A DNA stretch of 64,000 nucleotides, from contig CM120640.1 in the NCBI GenBank assembly GCA_051362555.1, positions 26,088,225 through 26,152,224 of the forward strand, written 5' to 3'. Position 1 is the first letter of the stretch. Every line of letters begins with the position of its first letter. Shown piece after piece: positions 37,211-50,800 of the stretch. The position numbers and the translations under genes were made by a program. This stretch comes from Lingula anatina. Lineage: Eukaryota; Animalia; Brachiopoda. Under the pieces are notes generated by a model. It was given only the letters and a program-made list of their open reading frames with translations. It ran no database searches and was not told where the DNA came from.

Positions 37211-40200
37211 TAGTTTCCCAATTATACAGCAACGAAAATTGTATCTGGAATCTTATCTTGTTCATTAGGGGAATGTTGACACGCGCGCCCATGCAAGTGG
37301 TAGCTACCCGCTAGGCTTTTAAAGGTTGAAGAAAGCTGTTATGTGGGGTCAGTGAGCTTAAAGACTTAGTGTTTTTAAGTGTCAGGCGGGCCGCTAGTCA
37401 TCCTACGGAATGTTAGCTGCATTCTCGGTATGTTTGAATACACCAAGGAAAATAGGTCTTATTTTCTTAGGATGGCAGCATCTAAGCATCTGTCACTGCG
37501 GTCAACACCGAGTCACATTCTTGGAAAGTGATGAACCGTAGTGCGTTCCTGCTCCGTGCCTGCTGCTACAGACATATAGCCTACGAATATGTATTATGTT
37601 ATTTGGTGTAATTCAAATATGTGTGATGCTTCCATAGATATAATGATTGCTATTGAATGATACGTAATGTAAAATATAAATATAATTTAAAGCATATTTG
37701 GAGAAAAATGCAGAAGAAGAGGTCTTTGCGACATAATTAAACAAACAAAGAAATATATATTAAATTACATCGTGGTAATTTATTTTCTTGTTCCTTAAAA
37801 GAATTAAAGACCAATATAAATCTGTAAACAAATTATCCAGTTCTAGAAGGACAATTTAAGAATTGGCAGAAAAATTGGGAAAACCAAAACCACATATGCA
37901 GGTTCCCCTATACTTGGTGACTCGCATTCCTTGGAACTGCAGCACTGACAAGAGAACTGTTTACTTCACTCAGCACGACTCCAGATAAATGGTTTGGGTG
38001 ATTTGTTTCCTTGATTTCTTCGAGTACAGATTTGTGCCTAATGAATTCTATAAGGGGAATAGCATTTCAGTCGAAATAATTAGTATTAGTTGGCCCAGCA
38101 TGAATTAACCCCTCCTCTCTCTTTCTCTCTCTCTTGGGGCCGTGACTTTTAACCCTAGGATATAATTACTTTTTAAAAATGGGGAAAAGCGCTTTTATAT
38201 TTTAATACATGTATTTGGATATAACTTGTGGAAAGTCATACCATGGACTACTCAATCATTTTATTGACATTTTAAGGGGGATCCACGAGGTTGGCGTCTA
38301 CGATAGTGGCTTTCCTTCAATATTTAATTCTGACCATCGATCTGACAGGAGTGCGCTGTGATAGAGAAAACAGCAAAAATGCTTCTTTGCAGATGTTGCT
38401 AAGAAAACGTATTTGCTTTCCCTTTATTGATCAGATATTTTATTTCCTGCTAGCACCTGAAGATATATTCTCATAAAATCAGTAAAATTGTCCGAAATAA
38501 CTATCTACATATAGATGTTACATAAAATATAATTCGTATGAATATGGAAAAACGAGGGTTAAATGTAAGCTTTAACTCCCAAGAGACGTAATTAACAAAC
38601 AACCCCAGGGATCAACCTCGACGTTTGCAGATTTGATATTAGATAAAATATAACACAATACTTTAAACGTAAAGAGAAATTTTGATTGGACTCCCCTATT
38701 GCCCTATTGGTCACTCCTACTGTTAAACGGACCTTCTTCGGCCCATTCTTTCAGGTAATTAGACGTAAACTGTTTAATTTTAATGTGGAAAATACAAAGA
38801 AAAGAAAAAAGAAAATCAGTATTCACCAAACGCTCTTGCTATTGGAATCATGTCAGTTGATTTTGTCATTACAAATCTGATTGCTATGATTACAGTAATG
38901 AAATTCGTGTACAATACATTCATAATTTTTGGTTTTAACATCATATATACAGTAGTAAGCATTCAATTTTATTGAAAGTTGGGACAATATGAAACTGTTT
39001 TCCATTCATGTGGAATAATGTAACATGGATAGGCGAAACTAATATATGCATGTTAATTAACATTATTATTAAATGAAAGCAGGTCTTATCTAAGCCATCA
39101 GGAGCACTAGGTATAAAGTTCATTGCCGACACTTTTTAAAGATTGGTTGCCATGGAAAAGTTATATGAGGCAGGGGTATAAAATTATATATGGATTGCGG
39201 CAATTGGAAAATGTATAATGTTAACATCCTGGTTCTTATTCCCATCTGGCTGGGTTCTTGTAATTTCCGCTCCAATACATTAAATCTGCCTATCAAGAGG
39301 TAGGTAAGCCAAAATCAGCAAGATGCTTAATGGCTTTGTCTTATTGATTTCTCTATTACAAATAAGCTCATAGTACTGTCGACCTCTGGGAGACGATTAG
39401 AAATCGCAGTCTTTCCGTTCAGCGATCTCTCTCCCTTTCGTTTTCTCCCTGTCCCTCTCTCCATCTGTCTCTTTCCGCGGCATAGTACATTGCACACGCC
39501 GAGCGCTTTGCTTACCAGTGAGGGTAGCGCTTACGTTTTCTAGAAATCAATAGCCACTGCCGGTTCAACGGGCCGTTAGTGCTTCCATTCTACAAGAGAG
39601 GCGACACCGTTACTTGTGACGCGAGTGAAGATGACGGGCATGTTGGAGTGAAAACGGATCCGCTCTTTCAGGTATGTGAAAGAACGACCATGCTGTTTCA
39701 GTATCTCTGTATGGATGAACAGTAAAACAGGGTGGAGGTGAAGAAAAGATTTGTGATGGCGCACAATCAAGAGGCACAGTAATTACTAATTACAACCTGC
39801 TTTCAATTGAGATTACTTTTGAGAGAGGGGTGTCAAAATCTTTGAACTGCATTGTATAGAAAATTATTCGAAAGTATTTCGGCGTCCATATACAAAAAAC
39901 CAGGTTTATATGAAGCGTCGCTTGACCTTACATGCAGAAGAAAAATATGTTGGCATAGAGATAGCGCCTAGAAATATCGTGGCCGACATGACAGTCACGC
40001 AGCTATGGATTCATCTCCATCGTCATTTTTGTATTCTTCTTATATCATCGATTTATTTCAATGAACCTAATATTCAAGGAAAAACATCGAATTTAGCTGA
40101 TTAGAGATTTGCAGAATCGATCCAGTCATATCAGGGGCCTCAAGACGACAAGAGTTTGCTCATAAAACTAGTAAATCAGTTTTTGCCAACTGTAAGCCAA

Positions 40201-40497
40201 ACGTACCGACCTCTTTGTTGCGTTGCGTTGTAGACGTTATTGTATGACGCCATAAAAGAGTACGACAAATGATTGGCTATATTAACTATCCAACGTCCAG
40301 TTTGCGCCCTCTGTGAACTGTTGTCATGGAAAATCAAAAAGTGACAGGAACCGCAGAATCACCAGTGGCGTAATTCAGCCAGCCAGGATTCTGCGGTTTC
40401 TTGTCAGTTTTAGGAAACCCAATATTTAAGTTCATCGCGGATAGAGAGGCATAACAATTAAATTGGGTTGCTGACCTGCGTCAGTTAGCTAGCCGGG

Positions 40498-41861
40498 ATG
40501 GCTTCGACGCCACAACGGCAACTGAGTCAGGATTCCTACAAGGAGAGCACCGGATCCCCGTGTTCCGGCAGGACAGCGTACACCACGGCCTCCTCTGCCC
40601 CTACCAGCAAATCTGAAACCGTGTTTGGCTCGGTGACGGATAGTTCGTGTAACACACCAGGATCAGTGGCAACAACGACGAAGGTTACGCTTGAATTTGA
40701 CGAAAGTTGTGAAGTCACAGAAGAAACAACAATTCCACTTACCACGGAACCTAACACATTGCAACAATTACCGGATCGAAATGAATCTAAAAGTAAAACA
40801 CTTCTTCAGCGGCTTCCATCTCTTAGACTTAATCGATTTGGATCAGGGAAATCGAAAAATAAATCACCTGCTATCAATCTGATCAATGATGAAGAACAGG
40901 GCTCAGAAAGTCCTCCTGTAAGTGTAAAAGAAAAAACAAAATCGGAACCTTTTTTCATTGGAGATGATGCGAGTCTCTATGGAACGCCCAAAGAGGAATT
41001 GTTACCAAAATCCGACACTAGAAGTAATACACCAAGCACGACAAATTTTCTAAAGGACCAGATTCTCACATTTTTTCAACCCTCAGACAATAGACTTGCC
41101 ATGAAACTATTTGGAAACAAAAGTGCTTTGATTAAAGAAAGACAGAGACAGCGAGCTACTGGAACTTGGATTATTCATCCCTGCAGTAATTTCAGGTATG
41201 TTCCCCTTAAATATTTTGTTTTCATTGACACTAAGTTAGAAAACATCGTGTTTTTCTCAATTGTGGAAGAGAATCTCGCTTTTAAATCCTTTGGGTAAAG
41301 GCGAGATTGCATTTTGCCAACGTTGTGGACATGCAGCTGAAGCATGTATGCGTAAGGCTTGTGTACTGCATATACCATCCCAAAGACCCCTTGCCCTAAC
41401 GCCATACATCAGAATCCCATAATATACATACTGATTGCATCAAGAAAGAATCGTGTATGTTGATTGGCTTCGCTGTTTTTTTTTTTTTTCGTATTAAGCC
41501 TCCCAAAGTGAGGCTTTTCCTTTATTATATCTTTCAGCTCCTACAAGTCCATGCAATGAACAATAAGATTGTCGCGTATTAGCATAACATAATATATTCT
41601 TTTGATAAAGATTTAAAGTCGATTATAATACGCCATCCACTTCCATTTAATGTTAAAAATAGCCAAAAGCAGTGAAAATGATATGACAGCTTTCATTTTT
41701 CATTCAAATAAGGTGTCCGGAAGCATTATTTAATAGGTAAAGTTATCGGTTAGGTAAAAGATTGAAAATAAACCTGTTTTTTGGGAAAAAATAGATGCAG
41801 ACAAGTAAATATTGACATTTCATCCGTTTTAATTTATGTGAACCGACTGGTGGTCGCTTTC

Positions 41862-41895
<34 letters not shown>

Positions 41896-44800
41896 GAAAT
41901 ATTATTGGTATATGAGCACGCTATAGGTGACATTGGTTGACCAGTTAAGTAATAACATGCAGCTCTTTGTTAAGTCATACAAAACGGGTGACATTAGAGT
42001 TTTCATTTCTTCAGAATATTGTTTGTTCTCAAAGCATTTTGTCCCGAGAAAATTTTGGAAATAGACCGATACTTAATGTAGTTTACCTTACATATATTTA
42101 CGTGGCATTCTCGTGCGCTTGTAAGCTTTGAGGGCTGTATCGTGAACCAGTCTACATACAGTCCACCTTTTTCGTTAACAACATGAGTGTGTATGAGCCG
42201 TGAAAGGTCTCCACGGCTTCAACACCATCCAATGATCTGTTTTACAAAACTATCTCGCCATGTTGTCTGCATAATATTTGTTCAAAAAGAACACCATCGA
42301 TTCGGTGCCGCCGTGTTTTAGGAAACACAAGCCGGGATTTCACATATTTAGTTCAATTTGTATGTGTGTACACAGTTTAATGGGCAGGTTTTAGAAGGTT
42401 CAATGGAAACCACTGGGATTTTAGATAAACTAATGATCGTTGCATTATGAAGACTTGCACTGCTTTCTGGTATCTGCACTATGTCATCACGTGTTTTCGC
42501 ATCAAAATGTTTATATCTTAGGTAAACGGAGCAGTTTTGATGTGAAGAAACATGTTATTTTTGGAAGAGATTTTGAATCTCTGTGAATTTTAAGCAACAC
42601 ATATAGCACACAGTGAATCCCGCTATATTGAATCAGGTGTTGATGTTCAGTAATTATCACTCACATGAGCGTATGCGTATGTGCGCACAATTGCGTTGTG
42701 GTCCTATATATAATCGTGAGTTTAATTTCAATTTCCATTTACCAACAGAAAAATCGTCCAAAAACCAAGGGACTCGACAGCGTTAATATTAACAGTCTAA
42801 TAAACGTTGATTCCAAACTGAGATAGTGACTGCAATAGAAGGAACTCAATCGATTAATGTAATAAATCCTGTCAATTGGCCGAGTGTAAAAACCAAAATA
42901 TTTCTTATGACCATTCCCTAAAATATTTTTATTTTGATGAATATTAAATGTTGTTACATTTTACCATTATTTGCCTAACGGTAAGCTGTAGGTGGTCGAT
43001 AGTCTGGCAGTTATTGTTAATCTAATCTTGCCTTGCCACAGAAGTCGTTTGAATACCTCAGAGAGACTTGAATTAGGTCACTGGGAGTAACTTTTACATG
43101 TTAGACATATTTCCATATTTGAATAAGTTTATCCTCGTATCATTTTAGATCATTCTAACCCCATCTACTAAATTGAGAAAAAAACACAGTTTAAACTGAT
43201 GTTTCCTATCAAACATGTTATATGAGAGCTGGAACAATAACAAAATGGCTTGAATGGTGAATCCCATCAGAAAACATGCTCAAACATCGTTATAGATTTC
43301 AAACTGTACAAATTGGCTATTCGTTCTGTAGATACCGCTATAATGCAGGTTTGGAAACTTATGAGCTACGCTCTCACGTTGACTGTGATGAGCTTGTTGC
43401 CGTTGCAGTCACATAAGTGACAGAGCTGTTAACGGTTGAGCTATCCGGTTGAGCTGTAAGCCGCGTTTCCAAGTGGATAACAAACCGTGGTCATCTACTT
43501 TTCGTACCTGAGGGGTTAAAAATGCCCCGTGAACCATTTGCATTTTCTAAACTAGCATTTAATTACGATCCTTCCCAAATGCTCATTCGACATTTGGGGT
43601 GGATGATATAACCATAGTTCTAAAAATTCGCCAGACTGAACCTGTTTATTGGAGTCAACAGAGTTTAAAAATGACGCCGACATTCGATATCATGATGAAT
43701 CTAAGGTTGATGGAAGGGACGTCTCCACAAACGAGTGGTCCGATGAGTTTGATCCGCCTTCAGAAAATATCGAATAGTAGGAGCGCGTACTTTTACTGAT
43801 ACTTGTGCCCTCCTTATAATCACTGTTACAAATAACGTAACATTATTGTATACAGTATGCCGAAAACTTTTGTGGACGAAACTCGGGCCCATTTTGGCAA
43901 CTATCGCGTTATGCCCCTATTTCACACAGACCACGAATCCCACGAATCGCCAGGAATTGACAATTCTAAATTTCAGGATTCGTGGTTAAATCGTTATCAG
44001 TTCGTGATTGATCAAGAATTGCAAGAACTGACTACGAATACATACGAATCTGTTAAGAACTTTACGAACTAATTCCTGGCGATTCGTGGGATTCGTGGTC
44101 TGTTTGAAATAGGGGCATTAGATATAATACGCCTTGGGCTTTTTTTAGTGTTTTATAGGTTGTGTTATCAAGATTAATATATTTCTCACATAGAGAGCAA
44201 ACGTTTTTTGGGATAAAAAGAGAAGTTTTTAGGGTCCCTAGCAGTCGTCTTTTTACATGATATTCAAGATACTTTCATATTTCCTAGAAGGTGAAGTGAT
44301 GGTTTGTTAATACGGACTTCCGAAATGTTTATGCTGTGTGAATATCACCCGTCGATTATACACATGGTTTTAGTAGGAAGGTCTGTTTCACCTGCACAGC
44401 TTGTCCGCTTGGTAAGCTCTTAACAGTAATCAATTTACCATGTTTGTCACGACAACTATTGCCATAACACCACTCAGCTAAGGAACTAAGCAAAATAATT
44501 ACTACTTTATAAAATGAGTATCCAGAGTGAAACCGCGGACTGTTGTAAGATTATGATCAATCTCTCCTAGTTGCGACAACCCACAAGGCATCTTACTATG
44601 TGCAGTGCATTCTAAAAAAGGGATATCTGTTGAAGACATGCCGTATTTGTTTCGAACATGATAAATACACCCTCAAGCATAACGTATGAATGGGAGGTGT
44701 TTTTAATTGCAAAAGTATTTATGAAAACTTAGTATGGATCAGTGCTTGGCAACACATAAACCGTAGCGCGATTTGTGCATCACATAGTTATCATTTTGAT

Positions 44801-47800
44801 CAGTAATCTGTCATCAGACATACGTAGTTATTTCCGGTTAAGCAAAGCAAACTGGCATTGCAGGCATTTTATTTTGAAACATTAGCACTGCTCCGCTACA
44901 TATGTCAGATATGCTACATATGCATATGCATTTCGTGGTATAACATTCTGTAACTTTCTATTCGTACAGTGCATTTTTAAAAAGCAAATATGTAATATGG
45001 CCACATTCATGGGTTTACTTCAAATAATTACTTCGCTATCGAAACATCTTAGTAATTGATCACTCGATCCCCAGTGTCACCAAACATGAGTAAAAGGAAA
45101 TATCCTGAAATAGGTATTTTAAAATGCATTCGGGATCCCGTGAGACGGCAAACATCCTTTAATTCACCAGTCACCGCTAACAATGTATCACGGAAGAAGC
45201 TGAAGTCAAATCTCTGCATGCAAATCGAAACTGAATAAGTTCTGCTAACGGTTCTTTTATGATCCTCTTGTGTTCAAGTATGAGAGTTCATTAAACACGT
45301 ACATTGTGCTTGAAACACTTTCAACAAGTAAGCGAAATGCCGTTATAGCTCAATGCATTTTTAAACAGAATGATTACCGTGATGATCCATTTAAGATATG
45401 CTCATATGATTATACATTTATATATATATTATGAACAGATAATCGCGTTAATCATTATTTAATATCATTGAAGTAGTGCTTTCTCTACTTCTATGTTAAT
45501 ATGGGGGCGAGGCGCAGGATCCGCCGTAGGTTAAAGGGTCGTCTTCATTTGTTCTCCTTACTAACCCAAAACAGATACAAATGAATAAGAAAAAAAAGTA
45601 TTTAGCATTGAATGGAGTTATATGTGTTGATATTTGATACACTGTATATGTGTTGTGCTGAGGGAAAACTGTAGAGATTTATGATTCAACCCTATTCGTT
45701 GAAAAAAAATATTTGCAAATTTGTCAAAGTGTACAGTTCAAACAAAGCAAATGTTTACATGTTCTATGGTGATGGAATGCTTCATTTTTACTTGTGCAGT
45801 CTGTCATTTGTTCCATGTCACGTAGTGCTAGATCAATAACAGGAAAGTATCTGGCTTAGTGGGATGCTGAGATTGATCAGGCAGTTGCGTCAGAGCGCTC
45901 ATCAAGCGTGCACATGTGCAGTGCCAAAATTTCCCAATGCCTCTGTCAAGTAACGCAGATAATAGTGCGATTCAACATAGTGACTTAACATTTTGAGCTC
46001 CGACCTTGCTATTTTCCAAGCATGATCATTTGCCATTATGTTGGTCATGAAATGAGTGAGATGTGATTTGCATGCAAGTTTCTTGTTTTTTTTTTCTCAT
46101 GTTTATATTATTGTATGATTTCCGTGAAAAATAAATATGATACAGTTCTAAGTGCAGTACAACTTACTTTCACGGAAAGTGTACCCCAGCAAACACGTCA
46201 CGTTGGTACCACGTGGTTAATCCGTCGCTATGACGTGATAATGCTAGCCATGTGAACCGAACGTGACGTGTTTGCTGGGATGGCCATGTCTGAACGCTGA
46301 GAACACAATAATTATCAAAAGGTACCAGACAAAGTGACTATTATTTGTAGCTGTAAGCAGTGGTTTCCATTTACTGCCAATTAACAAGGACAGGATCGTT
46401 ATAAGCAGAAGCCCTACATCATGAAAATAGACATAAAATCATACCGAATGTGGACATCATATTGATTACGCAGTATCTCATCATTTGAACACGTGGTAAC
46501 ATTTTTTAAAAAGATGTTTGCCTGAATATCCCCATTGTTTGTGTGGGCATTTTTGTAAGAGTGTCTTGTTCCCGGCAATAATACTGGCATGGTTGACATA
46601 TTCAAAAGTCCATACTTACATAAACAACACGACAAATAGTGTAACACTCACACAGGTTATTAATTAACTGTGATGCAAAAACTATAAACAGCCATCACTG
46701 ACCACGTGAAGGTGTGAAGAACATAACGAATATATTTGGATGGAATCACTACAGGTACAAACCTATGGTCTATGGATTTGTCTAAAATGAAGAAGAAAAA
46801 AAAAAGACAAATGCTTACGTCAAACTATTTCCCCCAGTGTTGCGTGGGGATTGCATGGAAAGAAATCTGGTATGGTGCTACAGCTTCGCCATTTGGCCAA
46901 CACTTTTCAGGGAACACTCACGGGGAACCTTGGGGTTTTTCAGTCTATAGCGAGTTCACGTTTGGTTTTTACCTATACTTTTGATGCGAGAACACATTAA
47001 ATGCGATATTCACTGGATACAAAACTGAATGGATGGCAATTTCTGGTTCCTGTAGAAATCTTGCCTTAACCAAAAATAACCAGCTGATTACTCGCTGTGG
47101 GCGAAGAGATTACACACACGGGAATTAATGTTATATCGGTTTGGAAAGCGTTAACTACTGAGCAATAAACCAGAGCGAAATAGGGCTAGTGCAAATGCTT
47201 TTATGTGTTTGCAAGTGGTTTTATGTGTAACTGTTTTTGCCTGCCAAAGAAGTAATTTTATTTGTGATACAGATAATATATATTATTATATTTTATCTTT
47301 TGCGCTGTTCGAAATGGGAAATATCAATATACGTCTCAGCGCCAGTATCTAACCGCATAGTTAGACAACGTACTAAAATCTGATTCTGCAATTTCCTAGT
47401 CTTATTTTTCATTGAGATATACAGAAGAATGTACGTGACTCTAGCTCTAAAAGCACTCATGTAAAAGAGGTAATCTGTCTGCTGTTTTATTGAAACGCTT
47501 CCTTCCTTTTGCTGAAGTACTTTTGTTGTTCAAATTCGACTATTTCAAATACATCTATAGATACAATAATTTCAATACTTATCTTCTGTCTAAGAAATAT
47601 GTTGTGTGAGGACCGAGATTTCTATTGGGTAACTGTACATTGTAGCAGTGCCATGGTTTGTGACTACTCAGTGAATAAAACAGAAGGCGCTGAGTCGAGT
47701 TAGGATTCTCCGACGAGTGAAGGCCAGACTATAATCGATAATGCTGCTGAAATAAAGAAAAAGCGTAATTTGCAGGAGAAACTCGAAACAATCTTTGTAG

Positions 47801-50800
47801 CAGATTTGGTATCCTCTTGCAGAAACAGAAGTCAAATTGGTTATTTCTGTCTCCTTCTTACTCCAATATTATATCCACATATTCCCAGTGATAATAATAA
47901 ATATGATAAATGTATTAACCGTAGGTTTTCGCTGAGAATTAATAGTCCCCTTTGTCAAACAACGGTAAATCGAAACAAGCTTATTCGTTGATGGTTATGA
48001 AAAGGCATCTCCTGGCATGATCGCTCTATGATTGACATTACGATAGCATGATATAAGACTACATTGGGTAGAAACAACATCTGTACCAAATCTCAATTCA
48101 TTTCAATCTGTTGTTCCGTTGTGGCCTTCTATTTACAGGTTTCTTTTTTGTCTTTCCAGATTTTACTGGGACCTGTTCATGTTACTTATGCTGATAGCCA
48201 ATCTCATAATTCTACCTGTAGCTATCTCATTCTTCAACGACGACCTAAGTATACACTGGGTGATCTTTAACTGTGCTTCAGATACCGTTTTCCTCTTGGA
48301 TATTTTCATTAACTTTCGAACAGGTAAGTATAGTCTGCTAGGTATTCATTTCCTATTAGTCTGTCGCGCGCAACACAATTAAAATTCAGTTATATTTGAG
48401 GAGAGTCTATACTTTTAAAGATCCCAGAAAAGTATGTCAATGTTGATAGAATGCAAAGTTAATACTGGAAAATTGAGATACTTGTGAATGCATCAGTATT
48501 CGTAGGGCCCATCTTTAATCCTCAGAGTACAGAGACTGGCAGCACCACTAAAATGCCGCATCGTTGCTTCCTTTTAGATGACCTATATTTTCTTAAGTAA
48601 CTTTACTTTATTATTTGTCATGTCAAGTTCTCAAATTTCATTAATTGACTGGTGTTTAAATTTTAAATGGCCATGCCATAATAAGAAGTAAGAAAATCGA
48701 CATTTATTGACATGTTTTGTTGTTCACTAGAACCTCCACATCTCTTCATAATAATAACCATTAAGAACAGGAAATTAGTAAAACCACCAATAATAACCTC
48801 CTACGGTAGTTTTCTCTTCTGAAATGGCACGGAGACGTCAACAGTGTTTCCTCTAGGGATATAGAACGTGAACTCGTTTAACATTAAAGCCCGTATCATA
48901 TTTTGCATCAGACAAATGTATAAGACAGAAAAACCAGTTAGGGATGTGTCATAGTTCTATGCTCAATATGAGAAGGAAAGCTTAGAAAGGATTTAAAGGT
49001 GTTATCAATATATAACCTTTATGTTAAAATATCTTGGCTTTTAATTTGAAATGCAAAAACGTTTTTGGGGTATGCATTTCTGTATCAGAAGCATTACATA
49101 TTCAGTACTCAGCACTAAAAGTAGTTTAACTTACATGTATATGACCAAACTAAAAAAATACTGAAATAACAGCACATATCATTATCTCTAATAGAATGCT
49201 TTTATATCTGAGTATCATAAGATAAAAAGATTGACCACTGTTAAGCAACACCAGTAGGTTGCAACTGGATTTTACTTATTTTACTTTGCATTTTTAAGGG
49301 TAGGATTAATTTGAAACATTGCCCTTTGGTTTATGTCTAAGTATTGCAAATTGTGAACAAGCTGTGCAGACTTGTTGACAAGGTGATTAGATTAGCAATG
49401 CCCTTCGAAAGTAGTCTATAACGTTCCTATAAAAAGCGCATTTTCTCGAAATTCAAATATTTACATTTTGACAGTTAAAAATATTCATTCCTGGTACTTC
49501 TGTAGGGCTTCTAAAAACCTGGATGGATTATTTTAAGACACGAAATGGATTTAATCTACTTCTGGAGATATGAAAATGTCTCAAAACCATTACACTGCAA
49601 CACAGTTCTCTTCTTTTTTTCAACAAATGTTTCGTCGTGGGTTACAGATGAGAAATATAATGAATGTATTCTGGTGCGTGGCAACTATACTAATGCACCG
49701 CTGGGACGCGCAATGAGATTTTGATGGAAGTATTAAAAGCCCGGCGTTTCAAAGGTAACTATCGATGTGAATGGACATTTGTTGGGTCTATTATGCTGCT
49801 TCTTGCTCACTTAAGGAGCAACTTCTTGTGTGACAATAGGAATGTATTGCTTGCAATAAAGCCGATTCATACATGGTAAAAGCCAATATTCTTCGAGGCT
49901 GGCACATGTTATACTGCCATCTCCGATGACATTTGATCATTGTAGGGAAACAATATTAATATGGGGTAAGGTTTCCATTCTTTGGAATACACGTCTTACT
50001 CGATATAACATTGCTAAAATTAGCTGCTCTGGGTCTAAACTTCTCAGTAATTAGCCATGCAATAAATGGAATTGAATGCACGCAGGTGCGCAGTTTGCCC
50101 CGAAATATAGTGCACATTAATGCTAGTGTTCTACTGTGGTGTATCACCATATAAGTTTACTTTCATCATACTGCTTCGTTTTCTTTTTGCAGACTTATGA
50201 GTATTTGAAGTCCACGTACCGAAAGACAAATGATGCTATAGATTTTGTTTAAGGCTCTGTCCCTCTTATTTACAAAATGTAAGCCTCAGTCAGTTAGCCA
50301 TATTATTGTTCATACATATCTAGAGTACCTGCAACCTCGCCGTCCGTTTTCATTTTTGCGTGATTGAAACAAACCTCATTACATTGCTGCTACGTCTTCT
50401 AAAATTTTATTAGATAATCAATAGATCTTCCATCATATGTGTCGACAAAACCGATCAGTAAATCTAGAGACTGGTCTTGCATCTCTCTGAAATTCTTAAA
50501 AAAGGTGTTTTAGCATTGCTTTGTTTTCAGTCGAGTGTCATAACATTGTTCTCTACAGTGTACGTGGCTCCTGATTTGTTTTTCATTGTCATAATATTGT
50601 TGACAATATCGCGAAGTTAATTTTCTCAATCCTCAACATACACATAGGTTTCAATTACAATATTAACTCACATGGTACAGTATACATGCAAATGGGAAAA
50701 TCTAACATTCTTTCTGAACAATTTGAGCTTGGTTCAAACTGCCATTATAGACAAAGATATGAAAAGATACCCAAAGCAATCGATATTTTGTCATTTTCTT

